A stretch of 41,825 nucleotides of DNA from Thermoproteota archaeon (GTDB lineage Archaea; Thermoproteota; EX4484-205; JAAOZP01), in assembly GCA_049700215.1 (NCBI GenBank), contig JBNAVT010000020.1, positions 1 to 41,825 on the forward strand. The letters run 5' to 3'. Positions 17,935-27,776 of this stretch are shown piece after piece. Within the stretch, counting starts at the first letter, position 1. Each line of letters starts with the position of its first letter. The notes under the pieces were generated by a model, which was not told the DNA's origin, ran no database searches, and saw nothing but the letters and a program-made list of their open reading frames with translations. Made by a program: the position numbers and the translations under genes.

Positions 17935-19001
17935 CTAAATCAAAAATACGATGACCTCGTTTCCGCGTGCGATAAGGTCAATTATCTCTTGGGGCATTAA
18001 TCCTTTACAAACATCGCAACTACACTCTTCAAACCTGATTTCAGGGTCTCTAAGGTCATAAGACCAGCCATCCTTAAAGTAGCATCCATGCTTAGCCTCT
18101 AGAAACCAGGAGAGATTACTGTAGCCATTTACACCCTTATGCTTAAGCCTGCGGCCAACACCGTAAATCAACAGCTCAAGACCCCTTCTTGTTTTCCTAG
18201 AAACCCACTTCAGGCTCATTAGGGCACTGGGCAAAAGGTCGCCGAGAACATTATCCTCCAAGAGCTCCCTCGCAGGCATCGCGAAGGAAACATAACCCAT
18301 CTCAACCTGTTTCCTAATGACCCAGTCGACTTGAAGAGGGTTAGCACCTTAACTAGGCCGATTAACGGAATGTTAAGCCTGAGGAAGTCGTTGGCGAGGG
18401 AAACGAGCTTTACTGTCTGGGACCAAGATAGAAACAAAGGGTCGTCGACATATGTGTAGTTATCAGGCATCATCGTAGAGTCAGGCCTAAGATCATTAAT
18501 CAGCTTGAAATAATCTTCGAGTCTCAACTTATCAAGCAGCTCGTCGGGCATAACCGTGGACAGGAAAATCCTTCCGTTAAACCCCAAGAAGTCGTGCAGG
18601 CCTTTTGAAGAAGCTTTCCTCATAACTTCATCGTCAACCAGCATCTGCCAGAGGGAGACGAAGATCTCCGGTAGCTCAACACCATCCCTCCAGAACCATG
18701 ATCTGCTGTCAGCATTATCTATCTCAGGCACAAAACTCTTGAAACCAACCTTAACCATTAACTTCCTGTTTAAAGACAGGATTCGAACTGGATTCATCTC
18801 CTTGCTTTTAATCGGGCAGTATGGCCTGAGCCTGCAGAAGGCCCTTGGAGAGGTTATCCCGGTGTATTGGAAGCCCCTTTGGCATTGGGCTACGAGGCAC
18901 ATTTTGAAAGAACAACCGCGGCAAAGCCTTGAAACGAAATAGTAACAATCCCTGCAGCCGTCAAACCCACACCATCCCCTCCTCAAAGGTGTAATCGCCA
19001 T
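17935..19001 (-). pseudogene. Frameshifted tRNA-guanine transglycosylase (TGT/DpdA)-like gene with Cys-rich N-terminus
   Basis: ORFs 18219-19001 and 17935-18300 join with one added G near 18346: LIGLVK|GANPLQVDWVIRKQVEMGYVSF. Carries the C-terminal CSCDVC zinc motif and MPD. Confidence 0.6.
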
Positions 19002-19221
19002 TATTTACCCTGTTCAAATTTAAAAGCTTCTACAACTACTTCCCACTCAGTTAAAAATGAGTGTTTACATGCATAATCCACAGCATGCGGATTGCAATAG
19101 GCGCCTATGGAGACTTAGTGTTTTCTCGCGGTTTGGGGCAGAGGGGGGTTTGCGTTCTAAAGGGTTTTTAAGCAACCTGCTTGCGAGCTCCTCAATGTGT
19201 AACGTTTAGGAGAGTGAAACG

Positions 19222-20277
19222 GTGCCGGCGAAAAAAGTCTTGCTGCTGTCCATCCTCATCGTGGTTGCATTAATAGTTGTCTCAATGTTCAGTCGCCTGA
19301 ACCATTCTAAGGAGGAAGTAGTGACTCCAGCCGATTCCCCCGAGAATCCTGTTCGAGGCTTCTTCATGGGGGTTCTCCCCGTTCCTGGAGATGGCCAGTC
19401 CTTTGAAGAAGCCTATTTTCAAGCGGCTCAATACTCAGAATTCTCGCCTGTTTGGGGAAGGCCAACGCCGTTCTACAGTCTTGCCGGAGAACTGTCTGGA
19501 AGCTGGGGGCGAGAATTTTTAGATAAGAATATACGTGGGAATGGAATGTTCCCGTTGATCCATGTCTCCTTCATCGGGCCTAACGTTACGCTCGTAACTC
19601 CGCCGGGCATGGAAAACGCTTCTCTAAGCAGCAGTGCTTGGAGGGAAGCCTATAAGCAAGCAGTCCTTAACGTGGTGAAGTCTGCAAGACCCCTGTATCT
19701 TTCTATTGGTAACGAGGTTAATCGATGGTATGAGAAATACGGTAGGGATGAGACTAATCCTAACGGGTTTCAGCATTTCGTCAGTCTTTATGAGGAGATA
19801 TATGATGCGGTGAAGAAGCTCTCTCCTGAAACCAGGGTTTTCTGCACGTTTGCTCGTGAAATAGTGTCTGAGAACCGGGAGGCGGATCTTAGTGTTCTAT
19901 CAATGTTTAACCCGGGGAAACTGGATCTCCTCGTCTTCACAAGCTATCCTTACGCTGTTAAAGGAGTAAGCAGGCCCTCCGATATTCCTGACGACTATTA
20001 CTCTGAAGCATTAGGCTACTTGCCTGGTAAACCATTCGGCTTTAGCGAACTAGGCTGGCCCTCAATGGATGCTTTCGGCGGTGAACAAGCACAAGCCGAC
20101 TTCATAATGCAAGTAGTGGGGCGGCTCACTAGAGAGCAGGGAATAAACCTGCACCTGCTCGGTTGGGCGTGGCTGCACGATTTGAACGAGAACGACAGCA
20201 TCGGCCTCATAAGGAGAAACGGGGAGGAGAAGCCTGCCTACACGGCGTGGAAAAATATTTCTGAGTCACGTAAGTAG
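19222..20277 (+). CDS. Membrane-anchored clan GH-A glycoside hydrolase (GH53-like TIM barrel)
   Basis: N-terminal anchor; acid/base IGNEVN, TSYP, nucleophile FSELGWPS, GLIRRNGEEKPAY. Confidence 0.75.
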   Translation: MPAKKVLLLSILIVVALIVVSMFSRLNHSKEEVVTPADSPENPVRGFFMGVLPVPGDGQSFEEAYFQAAQYSEFSPVWGRPTPFYSLAGELSGSWGREFLDKNIRGNGMFPLIHVSFIGPNVTLVTPPGMENASLSSSAWREAYKQAVLNVVKSARPLYLSIGNEVNRWYEKYGRDETNPNGFQHFVSLYEEIYDAVKKLSPETRVFCTFAREIVSENREADLSVLSMFNPGKLDLLVFTSYPYAVKGVSRPSDIPDDYYSEALGYLPGKPFGFSELGWPSMDAFGGEQAQADFIMQVVGRLTREQGINLHLLGWAWLHDLNENDSIGLIRRNGEEKPAYTAWKNISESRK

Positions 20278-20322
20278 CGTGAGTCAAAAATTTAAATAAA
20301 GGGTTGAGGCTCTAAACAGGGG

Positions 20323-21288
20323 ATGATTAAAACAGCTTTGTTTACAGTGACATACTGCGGTCTTTGGTATAAGGGGGATGCTTTATCCTTGAAAGAACAG
20401 ATTAGGAAGGCGAGGGAACTGGGTTTCGAAGGCATAACCATAGAGACTAAAAGACCAGTGGCACTGCCCTGCGACCTAGACGTGCCTGCGAGGAAAGAAG
20501 TAGTGGAGCTGGCGTATTCTCATGGCATTAGGATAGCTGCTGTCGAAACCATGTCGAGCTTTGTCAGCCCAATTATTGAGGAACGGGAGAACAGTCTCTG
20601 CATGGTGAAAGAATCCATAGGGCTTGCGGCAGACTTGAACACGAACATAGTGAAGGTTTTCGCAGCCTGGCCAGGCACCTCTAGGTATGAGGATCTGGGG
20701 ACTTACGATTTTGGATACAGGCTTTTCGACTTTAAGAGCATGTTTGCAACTAGAGATAAAATGTGGAGGTGGGCTGTACAGGGGATTCGGGAAGCAGCTA
20801 AATGGGCGGGTGACTATGGGATCGTGATCGCGCTGCAAAACCATCCGCCGGTGATAAGGCTCGGGTATGAGGACGCGCTTCAAATGGTTAAGGAAGCCAG
20901 CATGGATAATGTGAAACTATGTCTGGACGCTCCTCTCTTAACTAATCAGAGTGACGAGTATATTCGGGAGGCCGTGGACTCATGCAAAGAGATCGGAATA
21001 GTTCTCTCCCACTACAGCTCATCCTCGTTCGACGAATCCCCCTCCGGGGAAATCATTATGAAGCGCAGCCAACTTATTGGAGACCAGTATGTGAACTACC
21101 CCGCGTTTATAAGGGAGCTTAAAAGAATAGGCTACGACGGGTTCATTTCCTCCGAGGAATGCTCACCCGTGCTGGAGAACCATGAGTATCAAGGGATCGA
21201 CGTGGTGGATAGGCATGTTAAGGCCGCGTTGAAATACATGAGGAAACTTATAGCCGACGGTGTAGAACCGAAGATAGTTAGACGCTAA
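20323..21288 (+). CDS. Sugar-phosphate isomerase/epimerase (xylose-isomerase-like/AP endonuclease 2 TIM barrel)
   Basis: LGFEGITI, IALQNH, VKLCLD, LKRIGYDGFISSE. Confidence 0.8.
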   Translation: MIKTALFTVTYCGLWYKGDALSLKEQIRKARELGFEGITIETKRPVALPCDLDVPARKEVVELAYSHGIRIAAVETMSSFVSPIIEERENSLCMVKESIGLAADLNTNIVKVFAAWPGTSRYEDLGTYDFGYRLFDFKSMFATRDKMWRWAVQGIREAAKWAGDYGIVIALQNHPPVIRLGYEDALQMVKEASMDNVKLCLDAPLLTNQSDEYIREAVDSCKEIGIVLSHYSSSSFDESPSGEIIMKRSQLIGDQYVNYPAFIRELKRIGYDGFISSEECSPVLENHEYQGIDVVDRHVKAALKYMRKLIADGVEPKIVRR

Positions 21289-21865
21289 GAAAACCCGGCA
21301 AAACAGCGTTCAAGAGAAAAACTATTCCGAACAGTATGAAGACTACTCCGCTTCCAAGCTTAACAAGCCTCAGAGGTATGAGCCTCAGGAGTCTGCTGCC
21401 GATCAAAACGCCAAGCCCAGTTATGACTGTGAAAGCCATGGCCACCCCAGCGTAAACCAGAAGAGAAGACCCATATTCTGCTGCAAGCGCTATCACAGCC
21501 AGCTGCGTCTTGTCCCCAAGCTCCATCAAGGCAACCATGGAGAAGACGAATAGAGCGACAGACTTTGCGCCAAGCCCCTCAACCCGTTCCTCCTTGTTTC
21601 TAGCGGATAGAATAGTGTAGGCGCCGAAAGCCAGGAATAGGATTGCCGACACGATGCGCATTATGGACAGTGGGATAATCATGGTCAGCATGCATCCCAC
21701 AACCACGCCTAACCCTGAAACCAGCAGTAGAGCCAAAATCCCTCCGGTGAAGACGAGGAGAGCATTTTGATGGGCTGATAAAGCTATGACTGCAAGCTGA
21801 GTCTTGTCGCCCAGCTCTGCGGCTACCACCAGCAGGAAGGAGGCTAAGAGTGGCGTTAAATCCAT
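21278..21865 (-). CDS. TMEM165/GDT1 (UPF0016) Mn2+/Ca2+ transporter
   Basis: Two copies of ELGDKTQ. ATG at 21865 (MDLTPLL) preferred over the TTG at 21886. Confidence 0.9.
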   Translation of the reverse strand: MDLTPLLASFLLVVAAELGDKTQLAVIALSAHQNALLVFTGGILALLLVSGLGVVVGCMLTMIIPLSIMRIVSAILFLAFGAYTILSARNKEERVEGLGAKSVALFVFSMVALMELGDKTQLAVIALAAEYGSSLLVYAGVAMAFTVITGLGVLIGSRLLRLIPLRLVKLGSGVVFILFGIVFLLNAVLPGFLSV

Positions 21866-21949
21866 TAGCCGGGGAATAAATCCCAACTATATAAGTCTAA
21901 GGTTTCAGCCTTAGTGTGGAAAACGGGTTGAGAAGAGCCTCGTAAAGCC

Positions 21950-22221
21950 TTACTCAAGCCCTTTTATTATATGCCAGCCGAACCTTGTCTTCACAGGCTG
22001 GGAAACCTCGCCTTTTTTCAACGCGAAGGCGGCTGTTTCAAACTCGCGCACCATCTGTCCCCTGCCGAAAAACCCTAAGTCTCCCCCTCTTTTTCTAGAT
22101 GGGCACAGCGATTTCTCGGAGGCTAGCTTAAAGCTCGCGCCCTTCTTCAACTGTTCAAGAACCTCCTTAGCCTCCTGCTCCGTCTTAACCAAGATATGGG
22201 CGCAATGTATTGTATAGGCAT
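21950..22221 (-). pseudogene. Parvulin-type peptidyl-prolyl isomerase with frameshifted start
   Basis: HCAHILVK...SLCPS...GGDLGFF.RGQMV.EFE..AF...[10 protein letters not shown]. The natural ATG-CCT at 22221, about 25 nt below a TATA box, is one base out of frame (272 nt to stop). Confidence 0.65.
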
Positions 22222-22564
22222 GCTTCCGCCAAGCCACTGCCCTTATAAATTTTAACACGATTCGGCATGCCAACAAATTCACCTAGTGCAATTGGGGATG
22301 GAAATTCCACCGTCCAAACTCAAGTAATAAGGTAGTCTCTGCAAACAAGCTCTGTTAATTATAATCTGAGCAGTTGCCTTAATATGTCGGGTCCCTCTCG
22401 CATCAATATGCAAGGTATCTATTGACTGGGAGCCATGGCAAATCATGAAAAAGGTAAGGATGTCCCTTGAAAATCGAAGCCTCATGTCTCTCTTAGACAA
22501 CATGTTTTAAGAAATCTTTGAAATAAAACTTTTTATTCACCTCCTCTATTTACCTCTATCATCA

Positions 22565-22653
22565 GCGGCGTTCGTCTAGTCTGGCTAGGACATCAGCCTG
22601 CCATCGACATCGGCAGACCGCTGGTAACCCGGGTTCAAATCCCGGACGCCGCA
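22565..22653 (+). tRNA. tRNA-Gly(GCC) with 15-nt canonical 37/38 intron (22604-22618)
   Basis: GCGGCGT TC GTCT AGTCTGGCTA GGAC A TCAGC CT GCC A [TCGACATCGGCAGAC] C GCTGG TAAC CCGGG TTCAAAT CCCGG ACGCCGC A; BHB helix CTGC/GCAG. Confidence 0.93.
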
Positions 22654-22721
22654 TCCGTTTTTACCAGGTTTCAGATGATGATTTATGTTTCATAAATACG
22701 TTAGTAATGCTTATTAATATG

Positions 22722-22740
22722 TTACTATTAGCGATAGTAG
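22722..22740. promoter_or_regulatory. Variant BlaI-type operator upstream of htrA
   Basis: TTACTAT-TAGCG-ATAGTAG, palindromic TACTAT-N5-ATAGTA, between a TATA-like CTTATTAA and the ATG. Confidence 0.5.
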
Positions 22741-22746
22741 CTTAAA

Positions 22747-23985
22747 ATGAGACTAGTGGAAGGCTCTTCAAACCATTCAGGTGCCGGTAGATCCACCGTA
22801 GTCCCAGTATTAGTGTTTCTGATAGTAGGGGTTCTCATCGGCGGGTTGATAGGCTATGCTTTCAGCAGTCTGTTTATAGTGAGCAGGATAGACGAGCTTC
22901 AAAACAGGCTTTCAAACCTTGAAAACCGTGTTTCCGCCCTGCAGCAGGCGCAGAATTCTTCAGGCGCCGTAACGTATGTTTCCGAAGGTAACTTTTCCCT
23001 CTCGCAGCTTTATGAAAAAGCTAGGGATTCGATCGTCCTGATAACGGGCACTGTTGTTAACTATGATATTTTCTACCGTCCCTATTACAGTAGTGTTCAG
23101 GGCTCAGGCTTCGTCTACAAGTTCGGAGACCAGTTTGTGATTGTGACGAATTACCATGTCGTTTACAATGCGCGCGACATAATTGTCAGGTTTAAGAGTG
23201 GAAACGCTTATCCTGCTGTGGTCAAGGGTGCTGACCCATATGCTGACCTAGCAGTCCTTTCTGTGAATGCTTCCATCGATGAATTCAAGCCTCTTAAAAT
23301 AGTGAGTTCGTCAACTCTCAGAGTCGGAGACACCGTGGTGGCTATAGGAAATCCATACGGGTTGGCGGGCTCAATGAGCTCCGGCATAGTGAGTGCCCTT
23401 GGTAGAACGATCTCTGAAGAAATTACGGGAGGGTATTCGATAGCGAACTGCATTCAGACGACTGCGCCGATAAACCCGGGCAACTCGGGAGGGCCTCTTC
23501 TAAATCTTAGAGGCGAAGTTGTTGGAATAACCACTGCTATAGTGAGCGACTCGCAGGGACTTGGCTTCGCCATTCCCTCCAACACGATACTGCGTGAAAT
23601 AGAATCCCTGGTTACGAAGGGATCCTATGATCAGCATCCTTGGCTTGGAGTAACTGGGGTAGATATGACGTACGACATAGCTTCAGCAATGGGTGTGAAC
23701 GTGACATACGGGTGGCTTATAGTGGGGGTTACGGCAAACGGGCCTGCTGCTAAAGCAGGCTTACAGGGTGGAAGCAAGCAGGTGCTGATTAAAGGAAGCA
23801 GGATTACAGTGGGCGGAGACATTGTAATAGGGGTAAACGGTACGAGGGTTACGAGTGGAGACGACCTCTTATCCTTCCTGGAGGAGTACACGCTTCCGAA
23901 TCAAACAATTATGATAACCATAGTTAGGAACAACCAGATTATGAACATCCCCGTCACGCTTGGAGCAAGGCCTCCGTTAACCTGA
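22747..23985 (+). CDS. HtrA/DegP-like membrane-anchored serine protease with PDZ domain
   Basis: Catalytic triad motifs TNYHVV, DLAVL, INPGNSGGPL; PWLGV PDZ start; N-terminal TM plus coiled coil. Confidence 0.92.
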   Translation: MRLVEGSSNHSGAGRSTVVPVLVFLIVGVLIGGLIGYAFSSLFIVSRIDELQNRLSNLENRVSALQQAQNSSGAVTYVSEGNFSLSQLYEKARDSIVLITGTVVNYDIFYRPYYSSVQGSGFVYKFGDQFVIVTNYHVVYNARDIIVRFKSGNAYPAVVKGADPYADLAVLSVNASIDEFKPLKIVSSSTLRVGDTVVAIGNPYGLAGSMSSGIVSALGRTISEEITGGYSIANCIQTTAPINPGNSGGPLLNLRGEVVGITTAIVSDSQGLGFAIPSNTILREIESLVTKGSYDQHPWLGVTGVDMTYDIASAMGVNVTYGWLIVGVTANGPAAKAGLQGGSKQVLIKGSRITVGGDIVIGVNGTRVTSGDDLLSFLEEYTLPNQTIMITIVRNNQIMNIPVTLGARPPLT

Positions 23986-24112
23986 TTTAACAGGAGGGGA
24001 AATATTCTGAAGCAGGTCAAACAGTTTTGCATCGCCTAGGGCTCGTTAAGCCGGTTCCCGGCTTTCCGCGTCTTTTCGACTAACAGTCCTGTTTAAGCTT
24101 TAAGAACTAACA

Positions 24113-25453
24113 TTAAAACGGGCTTGAGCACAGGTGATCGCAGTATTTATCATCCATCTTAAGAACCATTATTCTGGAGCGAAGCTTGTTGAAACCATCT
24201 GGGGAAGCATTCCTGAGTTTGAAAAAGCCGGGTACAATTATTTTCTCCATGCTGTCCGTATTATGCGCTGGAATCAGTCTTTTTCCCTCTAGAGGCGTCT
24301 TAAAGAGCGTCGTTGTGAAATACTGTCTTACGAAGGAGTTTTGAATGGAGGCAAGATAATACGTGCTGACTATTCCTCCTGCAATTATCAGGATGGATAT
24401 TGCTATTGACAATAATGGGTTGGCGTGAACAGTTTCCTCCACGTTCCCCAGCCTCCTGATGTTCTCAACCCTCTGATCCAGCCTCGGATGGGTTGAAAGC
24501 AGCATGCTTCCTACAGAGATCGGGTAGGACAGGAATAATCCGGATGCTAAGCGGACTATAACGCTCTCTCTAGGGAATGCTCGAGAAGCCTCATATATCT
24601 TTACGAGCGTCTTCGCCAGAAGCCCCGGCTGCCCCAGTATTCGCACACCCTCCTCGTCGGCAAGGATTTCCCTTTCTCTTTGAGCTGTCGCAGAAGCAAA
24701 GTATGCGAACGGGTTGAAGAAGGATAGTAACGCTAGTGCAACCGATGCTGTCTTAAACAGGAAATCATTGTTTTTCACGTGGGCCAGCTCGTGGGCCGCG
24801 ACTGCAGCCAGCTCTCTTTCTTTCAGAGTCTTGAGCATGCCTAAGGAGAATGTGAGCATCGTCCTCTGCCCATACCCTATTGTGAAAGCGTTTGGTCTCA
24901 AATCCTCCACGAGGCCAATCTTGGGAGGATTAATCCCGAGCCTCCTGGACAATTCTCTAACTCTTCTCTGTAACGACTCGTACTCCCCGGGTTCAAGCTC
25001 AACTATGCGGAAAACTCTTTTAGCAATCCTGTCGTTCAAGGCTACTGTTGCAAGCAGGTAGAATGCTGACAGTGTCAACCCGGCTGCAAGAAGCATGCTT
25101 ATTACAGGCGGGTTGTCAAGCAGCTTAACATGGTTGAAAACTATCGGGGGAGGAAGCGTAGAAACATAAGGATTGAGATGTAGAGCTAGTGGAGTGTTAC
25201 GCAGACTGTAGCCTAATGCCTTAGCCTCTAACAGCAGCCTCGTCATCGACCAAGGGGAGGTGAACGGTATGAGTAAAATAGGGATTGTAAGCGGGAACAG
25301 GTAGCATAGGCTTTTCACCCTTGCCGTTAGTAGACGATTATATTTTGCGAGAGCCTTGACGCAAACGAATGAAACCACCAGTAGGGTGGTGGAATAGTAG
25401 AAGTATGGCTGGAAAAACTGCATAAGAATATAGTTAAGATCTATGGTTAGCAT
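24113..25453 (-). CDS. BlaR1-like (M56/M48) integral-membrane zinc metallopeptidase
   Basis: PNAFT, AHELAHVK, REILADE, STHP..RV; multiple TM helices; directly downstream of the BlaI-family gene. Confidence 0.85.
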   Translation of the reverse strand: MLTIDLNYILMQFFQPYFYYSTTLLVVSFVCVKALAKYNRLLTARVKSLCYLFPLTIPILLIPFTSPWSMTRLLLEAKALGYSLRNTPLALHLNPYVSTLPPPIVFNHVKLLDNPPVISMLLAAGLTLSAFYLLATVALNDRIAKRVFRIVELEPGEYESLQRRVRELSRRLGINPPKIGLVEDLRPNAFTIGYGQRTMLTFSLGMLKTLKERELAAVAAHELAHVKNNDFLFKTASVALALLSFFNPFAYFASATAQREREILADEEGVRILGQPGLLAKTLVKIYEASRAFPRESVIVRLASGLFLSYPISVGSMLLSTHPRLDQRVENIRRLGNVEETVHANPLLSIAISILIIAGGIVSTYYLASIQNSFVRQYFTTTLFKTPLEGKRLIPAHNTDSMEKIIVPGFFKLRNASPDGFNKLRSRIMVLKMDDKYCDHLCSSPF

Positions 25454-25458
25454 CCCAG

Positions 25459-25905
25459 TTAACCTCCTTTCCTCCTTAAGGCTTTCTCCAGCTTATCCTT
25501 CAAATCTTTAAACTCTTTTTCATCAGAAGAGAGTCTCTCAACCAAGTAGCTCGCAACTATGTCTCCAAAGTTTTCTATAAGACTGTTTAAAACCCCGTGG
25601 ACGGCGGATTTTTTAAAACCATGTTCTTCAAACTTTGGCCAATACACGTAGAGGATTCCACCCCTGCCTTTCTCAACCCGCCTGTCGAGCAGCCCTTTCT
25701 CATAAAGCCTATCCATCGTTGTCATAACGGTGGTGTAGGCGATTTTCTTTCTCCGCCTAAGCTTTTCGTAAACATCTCTAACCGTAAGGGGCTGCTTAGA
25801 GCTCCACATGACTCCTATTATGCTTGTCTCCAACGGACCTAGGAAGGCTTGGAGCTCTTTTCCTTCGATGTTATACTGAGATATTTTTGCAGGCCCTCGG
25901 CGCAT
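25459..25905 (-). CDS. BlaI/MecI/CopY family transcriptional repressor
   Basis: LGPLETSIIGVMW...TVRDVYEKL...IAYTTVMTTMDRLYEKGLLDR. Confidence 0.92.
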   Translation of the reverse strand: MRRGPAKISQYNIEGKELQAFLGPLETSIIGVMWSSKQPLTVRDVYEKLRRRKKIAYTTVMTTMDRLYEKGLLDRRVEKGRGGILYVYWPKFEEHGFKKSAVHGVLNSLIENFGDIVASYLVERLSSDEKEFKDLKDKLEKALRRKGG

Positions 25906-25948
25906 TTTTCTTAGTATTGTAACTTATGGCGGCTATTTAACCCTTTCA

Positions 25949-26003
25949 TTACTACATGAAGTAGTAACGTTTATAAGGAGGATGTTACGACCGGTTGTAG
26001 TAA
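25949..26003. promoter_or_regulatory. Two BlaI-type operators flanking a TATA box in the divergent promoter
   Basis: TTACTAC-ATGAA-GTAGTAA (25949-25967) and TTACGAC-CGGTT-GTAGTAA (25985-26003), with TTTATAAG between them. Confidence 0.8.
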
Positions 26004-26005
26004 CA

Positions 26006-27772
26006 ATGAACGGAATAAACACCAAGGTAACGGATGTTGCGGAGACAAGTGTTAAACGTCAAACTCAGTTCATCATTCCTATAGCGATGCTTTTGGCTTT
26101 TTATACATTAATTCCTGTTTCTGGAGAATCATACACGGTTCTCGGTTCGGTGAGAGATATCAACGGCAATCCTTTGAGCTATGTGGCCGTTACCATTTAC
26201 GACTCCTCGGGAGCGTTTATAACTAAAACATGGACTCTTATCAACGGGGATTTCGCCATCAGCCTTGACCGCGGCACCTATAGAATTCAGCTGGAGAAGA
26301 GGGGCTATGAAGTCAAGACTATAACCGTCAGCCTAAACAGGCCCTCTGTAGATCTGGGGGAGATCATCCTAGACTATTCCCTCAGGGTTTCGATATCTCA
26401 AACCTACTTGAGAGTTGAGTCTTTCTCGGAAGTCAGTATTCCCATCTCAATAGAAAACAAAGGGTCGGGAGAAGAGACGGTGACGATCCTAGTCGAGGCT
26501 CCAGAGGATTGGGATTCAGGCGTCTACTCGGGTTCGGCTGAAGTAGTGAACCTGACGCTGAGCCAAGGAAGCGCTCAAAACCTTAACCTGAAAATAAGGG
26601 TTCCATACAGTGCGCAGGGGCTCTACAGCCTGAAGATAAGGGTTTTAGGCTCAATAGTGCAGGAGAAGACTGTTTCCCTGTACGTTGAAAAGGCCAGTCT
26701 TCAAATCTTAGCCTCAACCTACCCGGTTGCTCAGGCTCAGCCCGGCTCCACCGTAGTCTTCGACCTAACTGTCAGAAACGTTTTATCTGAAAGGTTAACT
26801 GGGGCGATCTCCTTAGGCCTCCCAGCCGGCTGGACGGGCAGCATTGTTAAAAGTGACGGCAATGTTCTCTACGGTGTCTCATTAGGATCAGGCGAATCTG
26901 TTAACTTTAAGGCGAAGATAAATGTGCCTGTGGAGACTGCTTCCGGAAGTTATGAAGCCATCATCCTTTTAAAAACGAAGGATTTTGACTCAACGTTCCC
27001 CCTTACCGTAATAGTTGTTAAAGGAACTCCTAGCTTGAAACTGCGAACTGATACGCCTTACATAGATGCTTACGCTGGAGGTACTGCCAGTTATCCCATA
27101 GAGGTTGAAAACACAGGCGACTCAGATGGGGTTGCAAGCATCAACGTAACCGGGCTTCCCTCCGGCTACAACTGGGTGGTGAAGGATTCTTCTGGCAGCG
27201 TTGTGTCCAAGCTCTACGTAAAGGCCGGTGAGGTCAAGAAGCTGAACGTGATTGTAAGCATACCTCCGCTGGCTGAGCCAGATGTCTTGTCAATAGTTTT
27301 GGAGGCTAATACAGATGGGTTTGTCGACAGGCTGAAACTGGGATTGGGAATACTGGGACGGTATAGTGTCGCGTACGTGACGCAGAATTTCTACTGCGAG
27401 ACGACAGCCGGCGACACAACGGTTTTTCAAGTTGAGGTTAAGAACACCGGTTACAGCTCGCTTTCAAATCTTAAGCTCGGAGTATCTGATATACCCGACG
27501 GCTTCGACGTTAAGGTCGATCCTAGCGTCGTGCCGTTACTTAAGCCTCAGGAAAACACTGTTTTCTCGCTGACCATCACCAGCGACGCGGACATAAGTGC
27601 TGGCGACTACTATGTAACTCTAAGCCTTGGAGCGGATCAGAGTCAGGCAACTGCTCGCAGCCTCCATATCTACGTTAAGCAGAGGGGAGAAATCTTGTTA
27701 ATCGGAGCCCTCATCGCAGTGGTGATGATTGGAGTGCTGCTCGTGATCTATCGCAGGTATGGGAGGAGGTGA
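26006..27772 (+). CDS. Surface protein with carboxypeptidase-regulatory-like domain, repeated NEW3 (NPCBM-associated) Ig-like domains and C-terminal TM
   Basis: GSVRDINGNPLSYVAVTI...GTYRIQLEKRGY, repeated ENKGS/ENTGD/KNTGY...P.GW units, C-terminal IYRRYGRR. ATG 25982 overlaps the operator, so 26006 or later is preferred. Confidence 0.8.
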   Translation: MNGINTKVTDVAETSVKRQTQFIIPIAMLLAFYTLIPVSGESYTVLGSVRDINGNPLSYVAVTIYDSSGAFITKTWTLINGDFAISLDRGTYRIQLEKRGYEVKTITVSLNRPSVDLGEIILDYSLRVSISQTYLRVESFSEVSIPISIENKGSGEETVTILVEAPEDWDSGVYSGSAEVVNLTLSQGSAQNLNLKIRVPYSAQGLYSLKIRVLGSIVQEKTVSLYVEKASLQILASTYPVAQAQPGSTVVFDLTVRNVLSERLTGAISLGLPAGWTGSIVKSDGNVLYGVSLGSGESVNFKAKINVPVETASGSYEAIILLKTKDFDSTFPLTVIVVKGTPSLKLRTDTPYIDAYAGGTASYPIEVENTGDSDGVASINVTGLPSGYNWVVKDSSGSVVSKLYVKAGEVKKLNVIVSIPPLAEPDVLSIVLEANTDGFVDRLKLGLGILGRYSVAYVTQNFYCETTAGDTTVFQVEVKNTGYSSLSNLKLGVSDIPDGFDVKVDPSVVPLLKPQENTVFSLTITSDADISAGDYYVTLSLGADQSQATARSLHIYVKQRGEILLIGALIAVVMIGVLLVIYRRYGRR

Positions 27773-27776
27773 AAAA

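Noticed and set aside
18330-18360. Programmed -1 frameshift in the TGT-like gene
   Set aside because: There is no X-XXY-YYZ slippery heptamer at the junction (GTT AAG GTG); mutation or assembly error is simpler.
22279-22503. 74-aa minus-strand ORF
   Set aside because: No recognisable motif, and the nearby RBS is not correctly spaced to its start.
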